DNA of 64,000 bases, from the NCBI GenBank assembly GCA_965222115.1, contig CBDCTJ010000003.1, positions 320,001-384,000 of the forward strand. Direction: 5' to 3'. Both the position numbers and the translations under genes were made by a program. Positions 7,165-19,400 of the stretch are shown piece after piece. The stretch's first letter is position 1. Every line of letters starts with the position of its first letter. Source of the DNA: Planctomycetota bacterium (lineage in GTDB: Bacteria; Planctomycetota; PLA2; JAEUHO01). The notes under the pieces are model-generated. The model worked only from the letters and a program-made list of their open reading frames with translations. It did no database searches and was not told the DNA's origin.

Positions 7165-10100
7165 ATGGTCTACGCCGGTACGCAAACCACGAAGAACGTA
7201 TTGACCGGCGCGTGGATCGTTCTGTTCGCTGTACTGATTTCTGGGGTCGCATCCGCCAAGGAACAGGATGCGAAGTCCAACGAGGCGAGACCTTCGGTAG
7301 CGTCGATCGCAGCAAGAGTACTCACCGCGCTAAACGATGAGGACAAGTCGACGCTGTCGGTGTTGGCGAACGCCGATGAGCCCGATCCATGGCTCGTGGC
7401 CCATGAACTGTGTAAGCGAGAGACGCACCTCGCCGCAAACGCGTTCGCGAATGCAACGGCTGCATCCACTCGATCGTCACTTGTCAAATACGTAGAGGTG
7501 CAAACCAAGACCGGCGTCCATGCGGCAACGGAGAAGGCGCTCGCGAGTGCGCGCGCCGCATTCAACAAGAAGGACTTGAAGGGCCTACTCAAGTCGCTCG
7601 CATCGATCGATGACGCGCCCGTTTCCGTAGCGCGCATTGAAGCCCAGTACTTGAGAGGGATCGCACTACAAACTTCGGGCAGCGTCAAAGAGAGTATTGA
7701 GGCGTTCCGCGCGGTCCGACAGAGTGCAGCGTCACTCGGGTGGCTGGCTCGCGAAGCGGATGCGCTTTACGAGTTGGGGCGCTCGGCGCTCGCGACCAAA
7801 AAGACCGAGTTGGCCCTCGCGTCTTGGAAACAGCAGCTCGCCATCGACACGCAACGCGGAAACAAGACATCACTAGCCCGCTGCCACAGCGCACTTTCCA
7901 ACGCCTATTCGCGTACCAACAATCCCGAGACCGCCGTGGAACACGGGTCAAAAGCGCTTGAGCTGTTTCGCGCTACGAAGAACAACCACCGCACGGCAGA
8001 GATCGCACATCGCCTCGCTTCGCTCTACGAACGATTGAACGAATCCGATAAGGCAATCTCGCACTTCAAGGAATCGGCCGCGTTGTTTTCTAAGGCGAAG
8101 AACAAGCCCTTCCTTGCCCCCACGCTTCACAATCTAGGCCGCGTCCATGACCACCGCGGTGAACACCCCGAGGCACTCAAGTACTACGCCGAGTCACTGG
8201 TGATCTTTCGGGAACTGGGAAACAAAAAGAACGTTGCTCATGCGCTCTCCAGCATCGCAACGATGCATGAAAAACTCGGAAGTTTCAACAAGGCCATCAA
8301 AACAGCGGAGGAATCGCTGGCTATCTGCCAGTCGATCAACGACTCACACGGTATCGCACGCGCCCTCAACGATCTTGGCATCATTTGCGAGGGAGCCGGG
8401 CGCCTGGCCGATGCAATCAAGCACTACAGCGCAGCCCGCGAGATTTTTCGCGCCCTCAAGGATGAAGGACGGGTAGCGCAAGAGACGCACAACCTGGGTG
8501 TCGTGTACGACCGCCGCGGTGACGTCAAACGTGCGATGGCCTGTTTTCGCGAAGCCATGGCGGTATTTGACGACCAAGGAGACCTCCGCGGCGGTGCGTC
8601 GTGTCGCAATAACCTTGCGTTGGCGCTGATTCACTCTGGACGCGTGCAGGAGGGCATCGCCTATCAAGAAGAGTGCCTAAGAATCCATCGCACACTCAAG
8701 AACAAAGATGGCGCGGCCCGTGCACTGAGCAATATCGGCATGACACACGCCATTCTTGGTGACACCAAGAAGGCCATTGAGATGTACAAGGAATCGGTTG
8801 CCATTCGCCGAACGATCGCCGATGTGCGCGGTCTTACCGAATCGCTTCACAACCTGGCAAGCGCCTATGAAGAGCTAAGTCAAGCGGATCGCGCCATGAA
8901 TCTCTACAAGGAGGCGCTAGCACTCAAGAAGCGGATAGGGGATCCCGCGTCTATTGCCGCCACGCTGGTCAACATGGGTATATTGTTTGGACGTCGGGGC
9001 GAGACGGCCAAGGCGATCCAGCACTTCAAAGAAGGCTATGCATCGTTCAAATCGATCCACGATCAAGCGGGCATGGCATCCGCTCTAAGCAATCTGGGCA
9101 AGGAACACGTCCGACTGGGGGAAGCAACCAAGGCGTTGGCCGTCCTCAAGGAAGCGCAGTCGTACCTTCAGGATTCACCTGCATGGCACACGAAGGCGAA
9201 CGTGTTGGGATCATTGGCCTCCTTGGCGATGCGAAGTAAGGACTACGTGAGCGCCGTCGCCCTTGCCCGAGAGGGCTCCGATGTCGTGCTGCGTGTATCC
9301 GCGCAACTTGCCGACGTTGATGCTGCACGGGCGAACGAACTCTATAGCGACGTGTATGAACTCGGTGTGTGGGCGGCCCACAAGGCCGGTGACGCAACGT
9401 CACTTTTTTCGATGCTTGAACACGGGCGCGCGAGTTCGCTTCGATTGTCGTTGGGGTCTCGTAAACAACTCGAAGCGGCGGTGATTCCCGAGACGCTTCG
9501 ACAGGAACTGGCCGAAGCACGCGAGCAAGAACGCGTTGCGCTGGACGCCTTGGCAGGCGCACGCGCATCCACCGACATCGCGGTGCGAAAAGCGCGCAAA
9601 CGCGCTTGGCTGCGTGCGCAGGATCAAGTTCGCACAGTGACGGCGCGCATCGAACGCGATGCCAAGTCTGCGGCCCATGTGACGCTCTCTCAGCCAGACA
9701 CCATGGCGCAGGCCCAAGCGCGTCTGGAGGAAGACGAGGCCATGGTGCTCTACCAGGACACGGAGCACGGCTCGCTTGCACTCATCATCCGCCGCGATCA
9801 AGCACGCGCCGTGGATCTGCCATCGTTTGACTACGTTCGTAAGACGGTGCGAACGCTCCTCGACTCCGGGAAGGGTATCAATCCCGCCGCAGCGTCGTCG
9901 CTTGCCACGCTAGTTGTAGACCCCCTCAAGCTCTCAAGCGACGTGCGACGCGTGCTGATATCCCCCACCGATGTGCTTGGCTTCATACCATTCTCGCTGG
10001 TCATGCCCGACAACGTGGTGAGCTACACGCCATCAGCAACAACGCATGGCATTCTCTATCAACATCGCGACCTTCGTGGCAAACGCGTGCTTGCCGTAGG

Positions 10101-10779
10101 CGATCCCGACTACGACGCCATCGTTGGCGAGGACACGAAAACGGTCACGGGTGCGCTGCCCGAAGAGACACTGTCTGGCAAGCAGGTACTCGCGGCACGG
10201 CGCGGCAGCGGCTTCTTCAAGCTCGCGCGTCTGCCCAATACACGCATCGAAGTGTCTGCTATTGGTTCCGTCAAGTTGCTCGGCAAGGAAGCCACCGAAA
10301 CCGGCTTCGCGAAGGCCGTCCAGCAAGAAGCCCGTTGGCGAAGCGTACACTTCGCGTGCCATGGCTTGGTCAGCCCGTCCCGACCCACGTCATCTGCGCT
10401 CGCGTTGGCCGCCGACACGGAATCCGATGGACTGCTTACGGCGCTGGAAGTGTTTCGTATGAAAGTGCCCACCGACCTTGTTGTCATGTCGGCGTGCCGC
10501 ACCGGAAAGGGAAAGATCTACAAGACGGAGGGCATCGTTGGGCTGACACGCGCGTTCATGTTTGCCGGAACACCACGCGTGCTATGCAGCCTCTGGGACG
10601 TCGATGACGAGGCCACGAAAGCGCTCATGATCAAATTCTACGAGTACTGGAGTCCAAAAGATGGCAAAGGCCTGACGGCCGCCGAAGCCCTCAAGCGCGC
10701 ACAGGACCACGTTCGCGCGCAGAAGAAATGGGAACACCCGGCCTACTGGGCGGCGTGGGTGTTGTGGGGCCTTCCCTAA
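7165..10779 (+). CDS. Signal peptide + TPR array + CHAT (caspase-like) protease
   Basis: Many ~40-aa TPR units (LHNLG, LNDLG, LSNIG, LSNLG); CHAT motifs HFACHG, LVVMSACRTG, SLWDVDD, HPAYWAAW. Confidence 0.93.
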   Translation: MVYAGTQTTKNVLTGAWIVLFAVLISGVASAKEQDAKSNEARPSVASIAARVLTALNDEDKSTLSVLANADEPDPWLVAHELCKRETHLAANAFANATAASTRSSLVKYVEVQTKTGVHAATEKALASARAAFNKKDLKGLLKSLASIDDAPVSVARIEAQYLRGIALQTSGSVKESIEAFRAVRQSAASLGWLAREADALYELGRSALATKKTELALASWKQQLAIDTQRGNKTSLARCHSALSNAYSRTNNPETAVEHGSKALELFRATKNNHRTAEIAHRLASLYERLNESDKAISHFKESAALFSKAKNKPFLAPTLHNLGRVHDHRGEHPEALKYYAESLVIFRELGNKKNVAHALSSIATMHEKLGSFNKAIKTAEESLAICQSINDSHGIARALNDLGIICEGAGRLADAIKHYSAAREIFRALKDEGRVAQETHNLGVVYDRRGDVKRAMACFREAMAVFDDQGDLRGGASCRNNLALALIHSGRVQEGIAYQEECLRIHRTLKNKDGAARALSNIGMTHAILGDTKKAIEMYKESVAIRRTIADVRGLTESLHNLASAYEELSQADRAMNLYKEALALKKRIGDPASIAATLVNMGILFGRRGETAKAIQHFKEGYASFKSIHDQAGMASALSNLGKEHVRLGEATKALAVLKEAQSYLQDSPAWHTKANVLGSLASLAMRSKDYVSAVALAREGSDVVLRVSAQLADVDAARANELYSDVYELGVWAAHKAGDATSLFSMLEHGRASSLRLSLGSRKQLEAAVIPETLRQELAEAREQERVALDALAGARASTDIAVRKARKRAWLRAQDQVRTVTARIERDAKSAAHVTLSQPDTMAQAQARLEEDEAMVLYQDTEHGSLALIIRRDQARAVDLPSFDYVRKTVRTLLDSGKGINPAAASSLATLVVDPLKLSSDVRRVLISPTDVLGFIPFSLVMPDNVVSYTPSATTHGILYQHRDLRGKRVLAVGDPDYDAIVGEDTKTVTGALPEETLSGKQVLAARRGSGFFKLARLPNTRIEVSAIGSVKLLGKEATETGFAKAVQQEARWRSVHFACHGLVSPSRPTSSALALAADTESDGLLTALEVFRMKVPTDLVVMSACRTGKGKIYKTEGIVGLTRAFMFAGTPRVLCSLWDVDDEATKALMIKFYEYWSPKDGKGLTAAEALKRAQDHVRAQKKWEHPAYWAAWVLWGLP

Positions 10780-10785
10780 CCCGAT

Positions 10786-11787
10786 CTACGAGCTCATCTT
10801 TCGCAGCAAATCCACACAGCGAGCGCTATAGCCCCACTCGTTGTCGTACCAACCACAGAGTTTGATCACATTGCCACTCACCATGGTGAGCGGTGCGTCG
10901 TAGATACAACTGTGCGGGTCCCCGATGATGTCGGAACTCACGATGGGATCGGTGTTGTAGCGAAGAACGCCTTTCATGGGGCCGTCGGCCGCCTTGCGCA
11001 TGGCGTCGTTCACGGCATCGATCGACACGTCCTTGGTGTCACAGACCACGGTGAGATCGACGATGCTGCCGTTGGGAACGGGGACCCGCACGGCAAAGCC
11101 GTCGAGCTTGCCATCAAGTTCCGGCAGGACCTTGCCAACGGCACGCGCGGCGCCGGTCGTTGTGGGAATGATGTTGGTGGCCGCGGTGCGCGCACGTCTC
11201 GGATCTTTGTGGGGCAAATCCAAGATGCGTTGATCGTTTGTGTAGGCGTGGATGGTATTCATCAAGCCGCGTTCGATGCCAAAGGCGTCATGGAGCACCT
11301 TGGCCATGGGCGCTAAACAGTTGGTCGTACATGAAGCATTGCTCACGAGTTTGTGCTCCGGCTTGAGCACATCGTCATTAACGCCAAGCACAACGAGCGC
11401 ATCCACAGAATCCTTCGGTGGCACGGTGAGCAGCACCTTGGACGCGCCGGCCGCGATGTGTTGCTCAAGTTGCGCGCGCTGACGAAAGACGCCCGTAGAC
11501 TCCACCACAAGCGGATTGCCAAGTTTGTGCCAAGGCAACTTCGACGGATCGCGCTCCGACAACAGCGGTATTCGCTTGTCGCCCAAAACCAAGTAATCGC
11601 CATCCAGCGACACGTCGCCATCAAACTTGCCGTGCGTGCTGTCGAACCGCAAGAGCGTGGTCAGCATGTGGGCGTCGCCTAGGTCATTGATCGCCACGAT
11701 GTCAAACGCACCCGGCGACTGATGCATGATGCGAAACACCTGCCGCCCAATGCGACCAAACCCGTTGATGGCTACACGAATCGTCAT
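10786..11787 (-). CDS. gap: Glyceraldehyde-3-phosphate dehydrogenase, type I
   Basis: [36 protein letters not shown]. Confidence 0.98.
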   Translation of the reverse strand: MTIRVAINGFGRIGRQVFRIMHQSPGAFDIVAINDLGDAHMLTTLLRFDSTHGKFDGDVSLDGDYLVLGDKRIPLLSERDPSKLPWHKLGNPLVVESTGVFRQRAQLEQHIAAGASKVLLTVPPKDSVDALVVLGVNDDVLKPEHKLVSNASCTTNCLAPMAKVLHDAFGIERGLMNTIHAYTNDQRILDLPHKDPRRARTAATNIIPTTTGAARAVGKVLPELDGKLDGFAVRVPVPNGSIVDLTVVCDTKDVSIDAVNDAMRKAADGPMKGVLRYNTDPIVSSDIIGDPHSCIYDAPLTMVSGNVIKLCGWYDNEWGYSARCVDLLRKMSS

Positions 11788-11958
11788 GTCGGTTCCTAGT
11801 GATTGCGGCGAAAGGTAGCGGTACGAGATCGTGACGCGCGCCCACGCCGAACTGAATGGGCGAGAGCTTACGACTGCCAGCCTCTTCCTACGCGGGATTT
11901 CGCATTCTTCGACAGACCACATGCCGAATTGTTCACCTCCCCCACGATTGGCACCAGG

Positions 11959-13347
11959 ATGGTCGAAGTGAACACTGCCTTCCCCCTCCTCGAACCCATC
12001 CGAAACGCGTGGCGCATGCGTGGATTTCCCACGTCGGGGAAATTGATTCTGGCCTGTAGCGCCGGTGCAGATAGCACGGCCCTCGCCGCCCTTGTGGGAC
12101 GGCTGCGCAACGCGGGATGGAGCATTCGGCCGCGGCTGGCCTACGTCAATCATGGATGGCGCTCGGAATCCGAGGTGCAGGCCGACGTAGCGCACGTCCG
12201 CGCGCTGGGTGCTCGGCTGCGAATGCCGGTTGTCATTTCGCCCCCCCCGCCGCCACCTGTTCGACGAACGGAGGCTGCGGCCAGGGCATATCGATATCAG
12301 TTTCTTACCGATCTTGCTAACGGGGTGGACGCCGTCGCCGTCGCCACCGGTCACCATCGACTCGATCAAGCGGAAACCGTTCTCATGCGCGCACTGCGCG
12401 GTAGTGGTGCGTGGGGATTGGCAGGGATGCTTCCCTCGCGTGCCCTGGGCGCCAGTACGATCAAGCTCATTCGCCCGCTACTTGACGCGGACCCCGGCGA
12501 ACTTCGCGAGTGGTTGGCAAAAGAGGGCATCCCTTGGCGAAACGATCCGAGCAACACGGACGTGCACTTTGACCGCGTGCGGGCGCGCCAACGACTGACG
12601 GCGCCCGGCCAACGGGTCACCGTCGATGCACTCAACCAGCTCGCATGCTCGTTTCAACGAAAGCGCCAGTCGCTTCAGACACGCGTCAAACGCATGGTTC
12701 AGAACGAGCTTCGCGTGTACCCGTGGAGCCAGTCCTTAGCCATTCGGCGGCACGTGTTGCGCGACATGAGCATCATGGAGTGCGACTGCGTGATGCGAAT
12801 GATGTGCCGCACACTGATCCCTGGACACAACGGTCCGCTGTTCACGCAGCATCAACTCGCCCACGTCATGGCGATCATTGAACACGGCGGTGCGCTCGAT
12901 TTGCCTAACGGGCTCGTGCTTTCGTCGCACGGATCTGTTGTGTGGGTCGCAACCCGCGCCGATTCGTCGTTGCGACTACCAACGCTGCAGGTATGCGCCC
13001 TCACTGCGGACTCTCACAATGTCGCGCCAGCATCCATGCCGTTTGGCGAAGCGTTGGTGGACAAGCAAAGAATCACCGGGGCGTTGCGCGTACGCTTGGC
13101 GCGCAGGGACGATCAATTCACGCCATATAGCCGTTCGACACGAATCCGCAAAGTGAACGTACCCGCGTGGTTGAAATCGCAAGGTATCGCGCGGGTTGGA
13201 CGTCGTGGGCAACCCGTCGTAATCGATGTCGAAGACAAAATCGTGTGGGTGATTGGACACCGGATTGCGAACACGGTAGCGGTAGGACCGACATCCCAGA
13301 ACGTGCTCCACCTGCGCGTCGAGATTCCTCCGCTACGAATGAGTTAA
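11959..13347 (+). CDS. tilS: tRNA(Ile)-lysidine synthetase
   Basis: [11 protein letters not shown]-loop, [42 protein letters not shown]; start estimated. Confidence 0.9.
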   Translation: MVEVNTAFPLLEPIRNAWRMRGFPTSGKLILACSAGADSTALAALVGRLRNAGWSIRPRLAYVNHGWRSESEVQADVAHVRALGARLRMPVVISPPPPPPVRRTEAAARAYRYQFLTDLANGVDAVAVATGHHRLDQAETVLMRALRGSGAWGLAGMLPSRALGASTIKLIRPLLDADPGELREWLAKEGIPWRNDPSNTDVHFDRVRARQRLTAPGQRVTVDALNQLACSFQRKRQSLQTRVKRMVQNELRVYPWSQSLAIRRHVLRDMSIMECDCVMRMMCRTLIPGHNGPLFTQHQLAHVMAIIEHGGALDLPNGLVLSSHGSVVWVATRADSSLRLPTLQVCALTADSHNVAPASMPFGEALVDKQRITGALRVRLARRDDQFTPYSRSTRIRKVNVPAWLKSQGIARVGRRGQPVVIDVEDKIVWVIGHRIANTVAVGPTSQNVLHLRVEIPPLRMS

Positions 13348-13354
13348 GGCGGGG

Positions 13355-13621
13355 CTAGGACGCAGATTCAGCAGGTTCTTCTTTCTTGGCGCCTTCGGAG
13401 AGGTTCTTTTTCTTTTCCTCTTCAAGTGGCTCGTCGAGTCCCTTTTTGAAGCTGCTAATGCCCTGACCGAGTGAGCGTGCCACCGAGGGCAATCGGCGGC
13501 CAAACAGGAGCAACGCAATAAAAAGGACGATGAGCCATTCGTAGCCGCCGCCAAAACCCGCAATTGGCAGGGCGGAATCAAGCGAAGCCAAAGAACCTGC
13601 GGGACCGGCGAGGGGCGACAT
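13355..13621 (-). CDS. tatA: Twin-arginine translocase TatA/E subunit (start uncertain)
   Basis: GYEWLIVLFIALLLFGRRLPSVARSLGQGISSFKKGL. Confidence 0.9.
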   Translation of the reverse strand: MSPLAGPAGSLASLDSALPIAGFGGGYEWLIVLFIALLLFGRRLPSVARSLGQGISSFKKGLDEPLEEEKKKNLSEGAKKEEPAESAS

Positions 13622-13835
13622 TGCCTCAGAAACCATGGGAGACACTCCGAACGACGGGACACAGGACGCGCGCCCGAACGACGCAGTCCACTCTACCACT
13701 TACCCCGAGAATCGGGGGGAGGTTCGCGTCAAAGGCGCGGCCGATGGCAAAAACGGCCTTCGAACTCCGCAATCTCCATTGGTGTGCATCAATCGTGGGC
13801 GGCCGAGGCTCTGTCGAGCGGCGAAGGCGAGCGAT

Positions 13836-15122
13836 CTAGCGAAGCTTCGGAATGGCCGCGACGACGGTGCCGTCGGCCGTAGCAGCATAGATGGCGCCAT
13901 CGTTTCGATTGGTGGGGATCAGGTCGAACACGCCCAAGTCCAGGGAGCCCTTGACCTTATATTTGTCCATGGCATCGCGAAAGTGAATCGTGCGACCGCG
14001 ATCGACCGTCACGATGTACTTACCTTGGTGACAGACGGGGCGCGAGGCGTTGGTGTCACGAAACAGCGGTTGGCCGGAAAGTGCATCAAACGCGTGAAGA
14101 CCCGTGACCGATTTGGCAAACACCGTTCCCACGTATTGACGCTTCTTGATGGGCGAAGCGCCTTCAACATCAGATTTCACCGAAATGGTCTTGTAACCGC
14201 CTACGACATAGGGCGCTGTCTTGATGGCGCGCTCCGCGCCGCCCAGCCACTTGATGCGGCCGGTGGACAACTCGATGCAGTAGAGATTGCCCTCGGTATT
14301 GCCTGCATAGACAAGCCCCGAAGGACTGAGCGTAATCCCGCGGACGGAACCGCCAATCGAGCGCTCCCACATCACACCCTTGGGCGCCGAGGCCCGTGCT
14401 GCCAGCGCCGTCACAACACCATCGTCGGCCGCAAACGCGAGAATCTCACCGCTGGAATCCATGACGGGATCGCCGTAAATCAGGCCTGTACTGCGATAGC
14501 CCCAGCCAGCACGTCCAGTGTGGAGATTCACACTCTCTATCGTCTTATTGTTGCGTGGGCTACCCAACGATCCGACAAACGCCATCGATGCATTGGTAGC
14601 AACGCCACTTGATGCCGTGAATGTGAGGCGCACGGGGAAACGCTCACCGCGCGCGCCGGAACGCTTGTGTACCGCATCGAGCCAGTTGACACCCTTCGAA
14701 TCCTTCGTGAGGAAGGTGTAATGTGTTGGGCCTTCCGAAGGCACTTTGGCAAGCGGCGACTTAAGTGTGGTTACCCAACGCGGTTGAAGGTTGCGCTTGT
14801 CGAGGCAGTACACGCGTCCGTTCTTACTCACGATAATGAGGTGACGCTTCATCAAGTACATGCCGGCAATGGCAAGCGGTCCACGGCTATGAAGATTCGC
14901 ACGCAATACGTGCACGTCCCAAGGAAGCCGTTCAAGGCGCTGAACACCGAAGTCGGCTTTGCCGCCAACACCACCTTGAATCGGCTTTGCCGGTCGAAGT
15001 AGCGGACCGTCATCCGGCGCGGCATACACGGTTGAGGACGAACACAGTGTTGAGGACGGAAGCGCTGGGGTCAGGCCGACGACGAGCGCGACAACAAAGA
15101 AAAGCCCGACGATTCGCTTCAT
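13836..15122 (-). CDS. Secreted PQQ-like beta-propeller (BamB-like) protein
   Basis: Signal peptide MKRIVGLFFVVALVVG; repeats GRVYCLD..LQPRW, GNLYCIELSTGRIKW, LHAFDALSGQPLF. Confidence 0.75.
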   Translation of the reverse strand: MKRIVGLFFVVALVVGLTPALPSSTLCSSSTVYAAPDDGPLLRPAKPIQGGVGGKADFGVQRLERLPWDVHVLRANLHSRGPLAIAGMYLMKRHLIIVSKNGRVYCLDKRNLQPRWVTTLKSPLAKVPSEGPTHYTFLTKDSKGVNWLDAVHKRSGARGERFPVRLTFTASSGVATNASMAFVGSLGSPRNNKTIESVNLHTGRAGWGYRSTGLIYGDPVMDSSGEILAFAADDGVVTALAARASAPKGVMWERSIGGSVRGITLSPSGLVYAGNTEGNLYCIELSTGRIKWLGGAERAIKTAPYVVGGYKTISVKSDVEGASPIKKRQYVGTVFAKSVTGLHAFDALSGQPLFRDTNASRPVCHQGKYIVTVDRGRTIHFRDAMDKYKVKGSLDLGVFDLIPTNRNDGAIYAATADGTVVAAIPKLR

Positions 15123-15592
15123 TTGAAACCCTGGCATGTTGCTCTTCCCGATACGTACTTGGTTCGAAACGTATTGCTGCGCAGTGTCACGCCCATGACG
15201 AGCACAACACCTAGACGAAGGGTTCGCGGCGTTGGATCTCACACGAAGCGCTCCGGCAAAACCGGCGCACCCGTCGCTTGATCCACCCTCCTGACCGCGT
15301 CGTCCAGAGGGCGAAACTACCAAAAATGAGCGCAGAACGAATGCATCCGTTGGTGCGTTTCTTCGCCCAGTTGCGAATTTGCTGCCGTCTGGAGACGAGT
15401 CCCGCCGTCGCCATCCACAGTCGAGTCGCGCAATGTAAGGGGTCGAGAGGCGACACGTGAGGCAAGGGAATCGCGGGCCGCCCCATTGCCGCACCCTCGA
15501 CATAACCACATGATATTCGGAGAGTTACGATGATGTGCGGTCCCGTTTCCTACCTGGACCCACGCCATGTGCGTGATTAGGCTCAACGCCCG

Positions 15593-16336
15593 ATGGAATT
15601 GAAATCCCAAACAACACCGCCAGCAAGGCTGCAGGAGAATCTTGCCCGTATCCAGGCGACCATTGAACGAACTCGCGTCGTTTCAGAGCACGGCGCCAAG
15701 CGCGTTCGATTGATCGTCGTGACCAAGTCGGTTCCGGCAACAAGCTACAAACTACTGGCCCAAGTCGGCATCACGGATATCGGCGAAAACCGTGTTCAAG
15801 CGGCACAGAAGCGATTTCCCGCGGCGCCGCCTTCCTTGACCAAACACGCCATCGGCCGGCTCCAACGCAACAAAGCGCGCCGCGCGGTGCAACTCTTCGA
15901 TGCGTTTCACGCACTGGATCGGCGATCATTGGCGGAACAGCTGCAACTCCACCTTGTGGCGTTGCAGCGCACCTGGCCGGTCTACATCCAAGTCAATGCC
16001 AGCGGAGAACCACAAAAGGCGGGCTTTGCGCCGGATGACGCAATCGAGGCGCTCAAGGCGATGCAGGCCTTTGACCGGCTTCAAATCCGTGGCTGGATGA
16101 CAATGGCGGAAGCGGGAGCGGAGGAACAGGACCTGCGCCGCACGTTTAGTACCCTACGGTGGCTGCGTGACGAGGCTGTACGACTCGGAGTTGGCCGAGT
16201 GCCTGCGTCGGAACTCAGCATGGGGATGAGCGCGGACTATGTCTGTGCCGTCCAAGAAGGCGCCACGATGGTGCGCGTGGGTCGAGCCGTCTTTGACGGT
16301 GTGCGCTTACCGCGGCCGGACGATCGTTCGACATAA
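15593..16336 (+). CDS. yggS: PLP homeostasis protein YggS/PLPBP
   Basis: VVTKS (PLP Lys), IGENRVQ, HAIGRLQRNK, LSMGMSADY, GATMVRVGRAVF. Confidence 0.95.
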   Translation: MELKSQTTPPARLQENLARIQATIERTRVVSEHGAKRVRLIVVTKSVPATSYKLLAQVGITDIGENRVQAAQKRFPAAPPSLTKHAIGRLQRNKARRAVQLFDAFHALDRRSLAEQLQLHLVALQRTWPVYIQVNASGEPQKAGFAPDDAIEALKAMQAFDRLQIRGWMTMAEAGAEEQDLRRTFSTLRWLRDEAVRLGVGRVPASELSMGMSADYVCAVQEGATMVRVGRAVFDGVRLPRPDDRST

Positions 16337-16446
16337 ACGTTACGGCCTAGGGACGTGCGTAGCACGTTCGGCCAACAGTCGAACCCATAGTTGGTGCCCA
16401 CAAACGATTCGGACGTGCGCTCGTCGCCCGTCGAAGGAGACCGCGG

Positions 16447-19400
16447 TTGAGCATTCGTCTGCGAATCGAACACGGCCAAGACGAAGGCAAGACCTTCCGC
16501 CTTGCGAAGCCCGGCGTTTATACGGTGGGTCGGCTCCCCAACAACTCGGTGCGCATACTCGACATGCGCGTGTCAAAGTTGCACTGCGAAATCCACATCT
16601 CCGGTGACGGTGCCGCCATTCGTGATCGCTCTTCAAACAATGGCTGCATCATCAATGGGCAACCGCTCGGGGGTGGGGACTCACCCCTTCGTCCCGGGGA
16701 CGAGATTCGCTTGGGGCTCACCATCACGCGCATCCTTAGCGACGGCCAAGCCGACGAGGAAGTATCGCCTTCGGCGGGGCATAGTGCCGAATCGACGCTT
16801 GCCATGCCACGCGATTCGAAGCAAAGCGAAGAACTGCCAAGTCTCCCCCCCGACGAGTTGGTGGGCCGCGACTTGGGCGGCTACGTCGTTCAGAAAAAGA
16901 TCGGCGAGGGTGGCATGGGCGGTGTGTATCTCGCCGAACAGACTTCGCTCAAGCGACACGTGGCCCTCAAGGTGCTGAACGAACAGTTTGCGGCCGACCA
17001 AGCGTTCGTCGATCAGTTTGTCAATGAAGCGCGTGCCGCAGGTGCGCTCAATCACCCCAACGTGGTGCAGGTCTACGACGTCGGAAGCTCCGAGGGTCGC
17101 TACTTCTTTTCGATGGAAGTCATGCCCGGCGGCTCCATCGAAGACCAAGTGAAAGAGACGCGTGCCCAGGGTGGCACGGTGCGTTGGAAGACGGCACTCA
17201 ACTGGTTCATCGACGCTGCCAATGCACTCATTTTCGCGAAAAAGAAGGAAATCCTGCACCGCGACGTCAAGCCCGACAACTTGATGTTGGCCGAAGACGG
17301 CAGCGCGAAGCTCTGTGACCTGGGCCTGGCCAAGAAGTCTGAGCACGGCGACCTCATGAAGAAGGGCATCATCGGCACGCCCCACTTCATTTCCCCCGAG
17401 TCCATCCGCCGCAAGTCCGACATCGATCACCGCACCGATTTGTACAGCCTCGGTTGTTCGTTTTATCGCGTGCTCACCGGAAAGAATCCCTATCCGGCCA
17501 ATACGGTGAAGGAAATTTTACTCGGTCATCTCAACAAGCCGGTTCCGCGCGTAGACGAGCTGCAGTCCGATGTACCGCGCGATCTTTGCGACATCGTAGA
17601 AACGTTGATGGCTAAGGAACCCGACGAGCGCTACGAGTCGCCGGAAGACCTGCTGCAAGCGCTCGACAAGGTGCGGCTGCGCCACGGTTTGGAAGCCCAC
17701 GGCATTCGACCGCACAGTCGTAAGCCGCTCATTTTCGCCGGTCTCGTTGCGCTTGCTGCCATTGGAGCGGGCATCTATTTCGCCACCCGCAAGCCACCGC
17801 CGCCGCCCGTAGATCCCGTGGCCCAAGCGAAACTACGCGAGGCCGAACTCACGCGACTAAACAGTCAATTAGGCCAGTTCGTCAACACCGCGATTCAAGA
17901 TGATATTGGCTTTCGTGAACGTCAAAGTGAAGCCGACTTAGATGAGACTTATTCCGATCCGCGCTGGGGCAAACTGGCCGACGAATGGGAAGCCGCCGGC
18001 AAGACCTGGATCGCCAAGCAAGGCGAGTGGCAGGACAGCGCAAGTAAAGAGAAGGACGCCAAGCGCAAAGAAAAGTACGTGACGCGCGCGGAGGAGCTCA
18101 AAGAAGTCATCGCCCGAGCCACACTCAATCCCATTGAAATACGCAAGCGCGTCAAATATCTCAAAGACAACGAAAAACGCATTAAGACGGCACGCGAGAA
18201 CGCCGCCAAGGCTCTGAAGGAGGGCCTGGAGGGCTATGCCGCAGAGGTGCAGGCCCATTTCGACAAAGGCGAGTACGTAGAACTCGAACGCGCGCTTGAC
18301 ACGAAAAAGATCCAAGCCCTTGTTGAGAAGCTCGCAGGCGCGAAAGACGGCGACATTGCGCTGATCAATCGCAAGAAGCAGGTCGAGCCGTTGGTGAAGA
18401 AGTTGTTTGGCGCAAAACCACCGTATGGCGCGGCGCTGTTGGCCAAGGCCAAGAAGGCCATTGCGCAACAGCATAAGGCGAAGCTCGACGAGGCCAAGAA
18501 GGTCGCAGGAACGCCCGCCACGTCGGACGGTCTTGCCAAGGCTATTGAAGGCATTACCCCCTATCACGACTCGCTGCCTTCGGCCCCCGTCGACAAGACA
18601 CCCGGTCCGATCGAGACGCAGTTGATCAATCAACGATCCGAGGTTGCACGTGCCATCACCGGCATGAAGGGGGAGATTGAAAAACTCCGCAACAAGAGTC
18701 GCAACGCCGACCGAGTTGCGTACTACGAGTTGATACGGCGCCTGAGGTGCCCCTCCCCCTCGCGCGGACTGCTGGCCCAGTTGGCATTCACATCGGCGGC
18801 CTCTGTGGCCCGTACCGCCGCGGAAAAAATGAACACCGCGCCGTTCCGAGCGCTTGCGGAGGATCAGGCCGAGGCGGCCGCTTCCCTCAAGGCGCTGTTT
18901 GACACATTCCCTGGCACGTTCGGGGACTGGAAAGACAAGAAGATTCGTGTCGTGGATTCACGTGGCAAACTGAAAGCGCATACCATCAAAGAGCTCACCA
19001 CCACGTCGCTCAAGTATGGCCGTGAATCCATCAACTTCGTGGAGCGCGGCGTGCCATGGCTACTAGAACGCGTCTTGAAGGACGCCGATGGCAAGCTTCG
19101 CTTCGCACCCAATGGTGAGCAACACTTTGCCATTGCCACCCTGGCCGAGCTTGCTGGCGATTTCGAGCTGGCGGCATCGTCCTACGCAGCGGCCAAGGCG
19201 GCACTCCCGGCCGAAGATCGCCGTACCGAGATCGCGGCACGGCGCATGGGCAAACTTGAAGCTGAAAAGGCGGCCCATGCGTTGTGGAAGGAATGCATCG
19301 ACCTGCTGGAGATGGTACGCGCGTTCAAGCGCAAGCACGCCCCGTCCAAGGCCAGCGGCGGCATGATGAGCGAAGAGGATCGCCAAGCGGTCTTTGCCAA

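Noticed and set aside
11788-12369. 194-aa N-terminal extension of GAPDH
   Set aside because: It overlaps the divergent tilS, and the canonical GAPDH start is at 11787.
15140-15590. Possible ncRNA in the ~450-bp gap before yggS
   Set aside because: No riboswitch or ncRNA consensus could be recognised by eye.
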